A DNA stretch of 64,000 nucleotides from an uncultured delta proteobacterium (GTDB lineage: Bacteria; Myxococcota; Myxococcia; Myxococcales; Anaeromyxobacteraceae), in the NCBI GenBank assembly GCA_963766715.1, contig CAVYBH010000007.1, positions 32,001 through 96,000 on the forward strand, given 5' to 3'. The translations under genes and the position numbers were made by a program. Below, piece by piece: positions 56,505 to 64,000 of the stretch; positions within the stretch are counted from its first letter, which is position 1, and every line of letters starts with the position of its first letter. A model generated the notes under the pieces. The model was not told where the DNA came from and made no database searches. It saw only the letters and a list, made by a program, of their open reading frames with translations.

Positions 56505-59468
56505 TTACCGGGTTCCTGCGTTCTTCCGGCCGGGACGCCGGGCGGCCTCGGAGGCGCCCTCCTGCGTCCCGCCTCCGTCCGTGCCCGAAGCCTGGTGCCC
56601 CGCGGCGTCCGGGGGCGTTCCAGGCCCCCCCCGAGCCGCGCGACGCGCTCGCCGGCGCCGCGGAATCCGGGGTCGCCGTGGGCGATCTTCTGGAAGTACC
56701 AGAGCGCGACCTCGGGCTCCCCCAGCGCCTCGTGCGCGGCTCCCAGCTCGAAGTGGATGGCCCGGGCCCCCTCGCCCGTGAGGAACTCGGACCGCAGCGC
56801 CTGGCGGTAGGTCTCCACCGCCTCGCGGTGCTCCCCCTTCATCCCCAGGCACACGCCGATCATGTTCAGGATCTCCACCTCGCGGCGGCGGTCCCCGCCC
56901 GCCAGGGCCGACCGGAACTGCTCCAGGGCCTCGTCGAGCATGCCCATCTCCTGGAAGGCGATGCCGAGGTCGTACTTGGTGGCCGAGTCGTCGGGGCGAA
57001 CGGTCCGCTCGAGCCCTTTCTTGAACTGGTCGAAGACGTCGGCGACCGAGTACTGGAACTCGCCGGTCGGCGTCGGGGCCAGGTCGGGACCCAGCTCGGC
57101 CGACAGCTCGGCGCCCAGGTCGAAGATGCCGGTCGTCCCGGTCGACGCGTAGGCCGTCCGGCCGGGGAGGCTCCGGCTCGGCCGGAGCGGGCTCGGAGAC
57201 GGCGTCCGGCGGCGGGGCCGACCCTTCCTCCCGGGCCAGGAGCGCCTCGATACGCGCCCGGGCGCTCTCGACCCCTGGGTGTCCCGGATGGGCGGCCGCC
57301 AGCTCCCGGACCGCCAGCACCGCCTCGTCGACCAGCCCCTGCTGCTCGTAGAACGCCACCTCCTCGAGCTCGGCGTCGAGCGGGCCCTCGTCGGACGCGG
57401 GAAGCGGCGGCGGCAGCGGGGAAGGCTCCAGCTCGACCTCGTCGACCTCCAGCTCCTCGAGGTCGGCGACGTCCACCTCCTCGGGCGGCTCCTCGATCGC
57501 CTCGGGCGGCTCCTCGATCGCCTGCTCCGCGACCGCATCGAGCGGCGCAGCGGGGTACTCCTCCAGCTCGGCGGGCGCGATCTCCACCTCGAGGACCTGG
57601 GCGTCCTCGAGCTCGGCAGCGTCGTCCGGCCGCAGGACCTCTTCCGCGGCCGGCGCGGCTCCCACGCCGGGCTCGAGGTCGACCGGGGGCGCAGCCGGAG
57701 CGAACGGCGCGGGCGGCTCGACCCGGGCGGCGGTCTCCGACCCGGCGGAAAGGTCGTCGAGGACCAGGACGGGCCGCTCGTCGTCGATGACGCGGGCGGG
57801 CCCCTGATCTTCGGGCGGGATGAGCGCCCGGGCCCGCTCGAGCTCGGCCTCGGGGGGCGTGAGGTCGAGCGGCTCCTGCGAGCCGATGGCCTCGAGGGGC
57901 GCAGGGGTCGGCGTCTCGGGAGCCCCGCCGTCCGGCCGGAGGAACTCGCCGTCGTCCGTGGGCAGCGGGGCGATCCCGGGAGCCGGCTCGGCCGGCGGCT
58001 CGTCGTCCGGAGGCGGCAATTCGTCGTCGGCCGGGGCCGGAACGACCTCGAGGACGCTCTGCGGCTCCGCATCGCCCGCTGGCGGCGCGGGCGTCTCCTC
58101 CACGTGGATCTCGGCGTGGGCCGGGTCGAGCACGCGAAGCCGCTCGATGGCGTGCTCGATTCGCCCCTCGCCCCCGCGCGCCAGCAGCGCCTGGACGGCC
58201 CGCTCCGCAGCCTCCGCGGCGCCTTGCCGGTTCCCCATCGCGTCCCGGATGTCGCGGATGCGCTCCAGCGCGTCGGGGTTCTCGGAGTCCTCGGCGAGGA
58301 TCTTCTGAACGTGATCGAGCGCCTTCTGGTGCAGCCCGTACTTGAGATAGACGTCGGTCTCGGTCAGGAGGCGACCGATCGGGGTCGCCGATCCCGCAGG
58401 GACGGCGGGAGGGACGGTGGACGCGGGCGATGGCGCGGCGGGACCTGCGCTCGAGGGGGACGCGATCCGGGGCGGCGGGACGGCTCGCACCGGCGGTGGC
58501 GTGGACACCGGGCCCCCGACCGCGCCCGGCGGACGGCCCGGAGGCGGCATCGCAGGGCTGGGGCGGACTCCCCCCGCGTTGGCCAGCTCCTCGGCCGCCT
58601 CGGGGTCGTCGGGGAGGAGGTCCAGGACCTGGCGCCAGGTGAGCGCCGCCTCCTCGCGACGCCCTCGCTCCGCGTAGACGCGGGCCAGCGCGCGGTAGAC
58701 GGCGATGGTCTTCGAGACCTGTCCGAGGTCGCGGAATGCCTGGGCCATGAGGCGCAGCGTGTCGACGTCCTGCTTGTCGGCGCCGTGGCAGGCCTGGAGC
58801 TTCCCGAGGGCCTTCTTGGTGTCGCCGCGGGCCAGGTACTCCTGCGCGAGCTCCCGCGCCAGCTTCAGGTCGTCGGGCGTGAGCTGGTAGATCCGCTCGG
58901 ACAATTTCAGGTACTCGTCGCCGCGCTTGTTCTCGCGCAGGTGCGAGGCGGCCCGCCGGTAGAGCTCGAGCGCCTCGGCGCTCCGTCCCGCCTTGGCGTA
59001 GAGGTCACCGAGCCGCTGGCAGGTGACGACGTTCTCCGGATCGAGATCGAGGAGGCGCCGGAGCACGTCGAGGTGCTTCCCCTGGTCGCCCCCCTTCTCG
59101 TGGGCCGTGGCCACGACCTGGAGCTGGCTGGTGGCGTCGTTCAGGAGACCGAGCTGCTGGTAGAGGCCCGCCAGCTTCTCGTTCACCCGGATGTCCTCGG
59201 GGGTGAGCTTGGCGATCTGCTTGTAGACGGCGACCGCCTTCAGGAAGAAGCCCTGGTCGCCGTAGATCTCGGCGACCTGGTTGAAGATCGCGGCGGCGGA
59301 GGCGTTGTCGCCCTTCTTCTGCTGGATCTCGCCGACCTTGAGGAGGATCCGGACCTCCTTGCGGTCCTCGGCGAGGATCTTCTCGTAGGCCTTGAGGGCC
59401 TTGTCGTATTGCCCCTTCTGAACGAGCCGGGTGGCCTCGGCGATGATCTTGTTCTTGTCGACCGCCAT
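56505..59468 (-). CDS. sgmX: SgmX-like TPR protein (N-terminal TPRs, Pro/acidic linkers, C-terminal TPRs); compensating frameshifts near 57165 and 56625
   Basis: GFFLKAVAVYKQI TPRs, LLTETDVYLKYGL, C-terminal FKKG...YDLGIAFQEMGMLDEA; lies between accC and tamB as in M. xanthus (from recollection). Confidence 0.75.
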   Translation of the reverse strand: MAVDKNKIIAEATRLVQKGQYDKALKAYEKILAEDRKEVRILLKVGEIQQKKGDNASAAAIFNQVAEIYGDQGFFLKAVAVYKQIAKLTPEDIRVNEKLAGLYQQLGLLNDATSQLQVVATAHEKGGDQGKHLDVLRRLLDLDPENVVTCQRLGDLYAKAGRSAEALELYRRAASHLRENKRGDEYLKLSERIYQLTPDDLKLARELAQEYLARGDTKKALGKLQACHGADKQDVDTLRLMAQAFRDLGQVSKTIAVYRALARVYAERGRREEAALTWRQVLDLLPDDPEAAEELANAGGVRPSPAMPPPGRPPGAVGGPVSTPPPVRAVPPPRIASPSSAGPAAPSPASTVPPAVPAGSATPIGRLLTETDVYLKYGLHQKALDHVQKILAEDSENPDALERIRDIRDAMGNRQGAAEAAERAVQALLARGGEGRIEHAIERLRVLDPAHAEIHVEETPAPPAGDAEPQSVLEVVPAPADDELPPPDDEPPAEPAPGIAPLPTDDGEFLRPDGGAPETPTPAPLEAIGSQEPLDLTPPEAELERARALIPPEDQGPARVIDDERPVLVLDDLSAGSETAARVEPPAPFAPAAPPVDLEPGVGAAPAAEEVLRPDDAAELEDAQVLEVEIAPAELEEYPAAPLDAVAEQAIEEPPEAIEEPPEEVDVADLEELEVDEVELEPSPLPPPLPASDEGPLDAELEEVAFYEQQGLVDEAVLAVRELAAAHPGHPGVESARARIEALLAREEGSAPPPDAVSEPAPAEPEPPRPDGLRVDRDDRHLRPGRRAVGRAGSRPGPDADRRVPVLGRRRLRPVQERARADRSPRRLGHQVRPRHRLPGDGHARRGPGAVPVGPGGRGPPPRGGDPEHDRRVPGDEGGAPRGGGDLPPGAAVRVPHGRGGPGHPLRAGSRARGAGGARGRALVLPEDRPRRPRIPRRRRARRAARGGPGTPPDAAGHQASGTDGGGTQEGASEAARRPGRKNAGTR

Positions 59469-59547
59469 CGGACTGACCGGGCCTCGCCCGAGACTACACG
59501 GCCACGCCCCTCACGGGCGCAGGAACGGTCGTCTGCGGGAGAGCATG

Positions 59548-59576
59548 AGCGTAACCAAAGGGTGGCCCGCGGTCAA
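59548..59576 (-). promoter_or_regulatory. Putative sigma70 promoter of the sgmX-like gene
   Basis: TTGACC-17 bp-TACGCT. Confidence 0.6.
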
Positions 59577-59621
59577 GGGACATGCACCTCCATGGCTGCG
59601 GAATCTCAATTGATTTTCCGC

Positions 59622-60989
<1,368 letters not shown>

Positions 60990-60997
60990 GGCGCCCC

Positions 60998-61534
60998 CTA
61001 GACCGGTTCGATGCGGAAGAGCTTCTCGCCGAACTCGACCGGGGTCGCGTTGAGCACCAGGATCTCCGCGATCTTGCCCTCCACCTCGGCCTCGATCTCG
61101 TTCATGAGCTTCATCGCCTCGACGATGCAGAGCACCTGGCCCTTCTTCACGACCGACCCGACGTCGACGAAGGGGGGCGAGTCGGGCGAGGGCGCCCGGT
61201 AGAAGGTGCCGACGAAGGGCGAGGTCACCAGGTGCCCGGGCTTCTCGGGCGCCTTCTCGGCGGCCTTGGGGGCCGGGGCCGCGGCGGGCGCGGGGGCCGG
61301 GACCGGCGCCGCGACGGCGGCCGCCAGGGGCGCGGGCGCAGCGGCGGGGGCCGGGGCCGCCACCACGTTCACCGGCGCGGGTCCGCGGCGGATGACGACC
61401 TTCTCGCCGCCCCGGATCCACACCAGGGTGCGGACGTCGCTGCCCTCCAGCGAGTCCACGAGCTTGGTTACGTCACCGAGGGTGAAGCCGCCCGCGGCCT
61501 GCTCCTTGCCGCCGTCCGCCTTCTTGCTCGCCAT
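60998..61534 (-). CDS. accB: Biotin carboxyl carrier protein
   Basis: [17 protein letters not shown]. Confidence 0.96.
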   Translation of the reverse strand: MASKKADGGKEQAAGGFTLGDVTKLVDSLEGSDVRTLVWIRGGEKVVIRRGPAPVNVVAAPAPAAAPAPLAAAVAAPVPAPAPAAAPAPKAAEKAPEKPGHLVTSPFVGTFYRAPSPDSPPFVDVGSVVKKGQVLCIVEAMKLMNEIEAEVEGKIAEILVLNATPVEFGEKLFRIEPV

Positions 61535-61567
61535 GATGCCTCCCTGCTCGGGGTGTGGGCGCGCCGA

Positions 61568-62140
61568 TCAGCCGGCCACGCGCGTGAGGTACTCGCCAGT
61601 CCGGGTGTCGATGCGGAGAATCTCGCCCTCGTTGATGAAGAGGGGCACCTTGACCATGTAGCCCGTCTCGAGGATCGCCGGCTTGGTGGCGCCGGAGACG
61701 GTGTCGCCGCGAACGCCGGGGTCGCACTTCACCACGCGGAGATCCATGGCGTTGGGGATCTCGATGCCGATCGCCTTGCCGTTGTAGAAGAGGACCTGGG
61801 TGGTGGTGTTGTCCTTGATGAAGTTCTTGGCGTCCCCCATCTGCTCTTCGGTGAGGAAGGTCTGCTCGTAGTTCTTGTTGTCCATGAAGTTGTAGTGGTC
61901 GCCTTCCTTGTAGAGGTACTGCATCTCCTTCTCCTCCAGGTCGGGCTTGCCCACCACGTCTCCGGACTTGAACGTCCTGTCGATCGTCCGGCCCGTGAGC
62001 AGGTTCTTGATGCGGGTCCGCACGAACGCGCTGCCCTTGCCGGGCTTCACGTGCTGGAACTCCACGATCTCCCACGGCTCCTTGTCGATCTCGATCTTGA
62101 GGCCGCGCCGGAATGCGCTGGTGTCGAGGGTGTCCGCCAT
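61568..62140 (-). CDS. efp: Elongation factor P (Lys-type loop)
   Basis: HVKPGKG, GVRGDT, IDTRTGEY; AAGGAG RBS. Confidence 0.97.
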   Translation of the reverse strand: MADTLDTSAFRRGLKIEIDKEPWEIVEFQHVKPGKGSAFVRTRIKNLLTGRTIDRTFKSGDVVGKPDLEEKEMQYLYKEGDHYNFMDNKNYEQTFLTEEQMGDAKNFIKDNTTTQVLFYNGKAIGIEIPNAMDLRVVKCDPGVRGDTVSGATKPAILETGYMVKVPLFINEGEILRIDTRTGEYLTRVAG

Positions 62141-62205
62141 GTCTCTTCGCTCCTTTATGGAAAGTTCGGGCCGTCCGCCCGCCGGGCGGACAGGAAAGGC
62201 GCCGC

Positions 62206-62565
62206 CTACAGCTCGGCGAGCACGAGGGGTGCCGTGACCCGGAGGAGGTAGCGGGCCTTGCCCTGGTTGCCCCCCGGGGCGAGCGCCACCACCATGAAGT
62301 AGTCGGGGGAGAGGAGCCGACCCAGCGTCACGAGCCGGTCCGTCCCGACGCTGAACTCCGAGAGCCCCCCGGCTGCGTGGGCCTCGGCTGCCTCGCGGGC
62401 CGTCCGGAGGATGCCGGTCATCTCGACCATCATCGACTTCACGTCGATGCTGGAGTCGGCCTGGACGTGGGTGTCGACCTCGATGCCGTCCATGCCCATG
62501 AGCGAGCACGCCAGGGCGCCGTCGACGCCCCTGCAGACCTCCTGCAAGTGCTCCCGGAAGCCCAT
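62206..62565 (-). CDS. mglC: Roadblock/LC7 protein, MglC-like
   Basis: VDGALACSLMGMDGI...GN.GKARYLLR roadblock pattern; lies between the pilQ operon and efp as for M. xanthus mglC (from recollection). Confidence 0.72.
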   Translation of the reverse strand: MGFREHLQEVCRGVDGALACSLMGMDGIEVDTHVQADSSIDVKSMMVEMTGILRTAREAAEAHAAGGLSEFSVGTDRLVTLGRLLSPDYFMVVALAPGGNQGKARYLLRVTAPLVLAEL

Positions 62566-62586
62566 GCCGGCCCCGCCCCTTCGTGG

Positions 62587-62609
62587 AAAAACGCCCGTGG
62601 TTTCGGGCG
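62587..62609 (-). terminator. Intrinsic terminator-like hairpin downstream of the pil operon
   Basis: Minus strand CGCCCG-AAACCA-CGGGCG-TTTTT. Confidence 0.6.
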
Positions 62610-62709
62610 CTGGCTCGTCGAGCCGCGGCTCTTGTAGCCCCCGGGGCGCCCGTCCGTCAAGGCGGAGCGCAGCAGGGGAGGTCTTCGCGCCCCGATCCCG
62701 GCCGGCGCG

Positions 62710-63364
62710 TCACGGAGCGATGCAGGTCACCGCCGCGGTCTGGCCAGGGGAGAGCGCGCCGACGGCCGACCCCGGGCAGCTCGCCATGATGTCGCCCGCG
62801 GCGCAGCGGGGGGTCGCGTCGCACCCGGCGCAGATCGCGACCGGCACCTGGAACCAGGCCGTGGTGAAGGAGTCCTGCGAGGTCAGCTTGCCGTGCCCGC
62901 GCACGTTCACGAGGATGCTGGTGGTGGTGTTGGGCGGCGGGGTGAGCGCCGCGAAGTAGGCCTGCGGGATGAGGGGGAGCAGCGCCCCGGACGACCCGGC
63001 GGCGGGCACCGTGATGGCGACGTCCACGGTGACGGGATTGAGCGACGCGCCCGTGTACGTGATCTCGAAGGACTGCAGGAAGGCGTCGTTGGTGTTGATG
63101 CGCCCGTCGGCGGCGCTGGAGTTGTCGACGAGCGAGTTGTTCAGCTGCATCGGGAGCCGGAAGTCGACGAGTGCGGTCTGCACGTCGAGCTGCGGGCTAC
63201 CCGCCAGCGAGGCATCGCAGGTCGCAGGATAGAGGCAGGCCCCGGTGGTCAGCGTCGGGCGCCGGGGGGGCGCAGATCTCGAAGATGGCCACGGGTGCGA
63301 AGTTGGCGGCGCACCCCGAGAGGGCGGCGGCGAGGAGGGCGGCGGCGAGGGTTCGGGTCGTCAT
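62710..63364 (-). CDS. Cys-rich hypothetical lipoprotein downstream of pilQ; frameshift near 63252
   Basis: ATG at 63364 with GGAG RBS, MTTRTLAAALLAAALSGC lipobox; joins ORF 62710-63183. Confidence 0.7.
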
Positions 63365-63373
63365 GGCCGTCTC

Positions 63374-64000
63374 CTAGTTCGCGACCGGGGTGGGCGCGCC
63401 CATCATCGACTGGCGGTTCAGCACCCTGGGGGTGATGAAGATGAGCAGCTCGGTGTGGTCGTCGGTCTCGGACTTCGACTTGAAGAAGAAGCCGAGGATG
63501 GGGATGTCGCCCAGGAACGGCACGGAGTTGGTCGTGCTCGACGTGGCGCGCGTGTAGATGCCGCCGATGACCGTCGTGTCGCCGTCCTTCACGAGCACGG
63601 TGGTCTCGGCCTGCCGCTTGGTGATCGAGGGCTGGCCGTTGGCGCCCGTCAAGCTCGGGTCGGGCTTGTTGTTGGTGGCCTTGATCTTCATGAGGATGGA
63701 GCCGTCCGCCGTCACGTGGGGGGTCACCTTGAGCTCGAGCAGCGCCTCGACGAAGGTCGTGTTCACGCCCGAGGCCGAGACCTGGGAGAACGGGATCGAC
63801 TGGCCCTGGGAGATGGTGGCTTCCTTGTTGTCGAGGGTCGCGACCTTGGGCGCGGAGATGGTCTTGATGAGACCCTTGCGCTCGAGCGCCGTCAGCCGGA
63901 GGTTGAGGTTGAAGGCGCCGTTGGCGGAGCCGAAGACGAGGCCGATGCCGCCGCCGGAGCCCTGGCCGATGGGCGCGGGCAGGTTGACGGCGTAGTTGGG
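63374..64000 (-). CDS. pilQ: Type IV pilus secretin PilQ (C-terminal part; 5' end outside window)
   Basis: ISAPKVATLDNKEATISQG, VPFLGDIPILGFFF, ELLIFITPR. Confidence 0.92.
   Translation of the reverse strand, partial: PNYAVNLPAPIGQGSGGGIGLVFGSANGAFNLNLRLTALERKGLIKTISAPKVATLDNKEATISQGQSIPFSQVSASGVNTTFVEALLELKVTPHVTADGSILMKIKATNNKPDPSLTGANGQPSITKRQAETTVLVKDGDTTVIGGIYTRATSSTTNSVPFLGDIPILGFFFKSKSETDDHTELLIFITPRVLNRQSMMGAPTPVAN

Overview
Very GC-rich core-genome window from a myxobacterium (gene content and order point to an Anaeromyxobacter-like Myxococcota genome; inference). In order: partial IHF/HU gene, YihY-wHTH fusion, RNase E/G, B12-binding radical SAM fusion (TIGR03960/TIGR03936-like), acylphosphatase, ligA, an orphan type IV pilin with a coupled membrane protein, rho, rpmE, an Ig-repeat lipoprotein, a sigma54 response regulator followed by a gspC-N type II secretion operon, smc, ftsY, HAD, GNAT, GT2, ctpA, envC-ftsX-ftsE, romY-like, murI, tolQRAB, ppx, HAD-IB, Omp85/TamB, sgmX-like TPR protein, accC, accB, efp, mglC-like roadblock, a Cys-rich lipoprotein and the 3' end of pilQ. 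I found no mobile elements, CRISPR arrays, tRNA or rRNA. More than a dozen genes, including housekeeping ones, carry 1-2 bp frameshifts, most likely long-read assembly errors; the giant ORFs in the track are artefacts of these. Best non-annotated signals: a consensus sigma54 promoter with two palindromic enhancer-like sites upstream of gspC, a structured rne leader with crossing helices, a recurrent leaderless-mRNA signature, an atypical codon-usage patch upstream of rne, and an uncharacterised receiver-like membrane protein plus pilin pair. All family assignments are from motif recognition, not database searches. No clearly novel system is proven.
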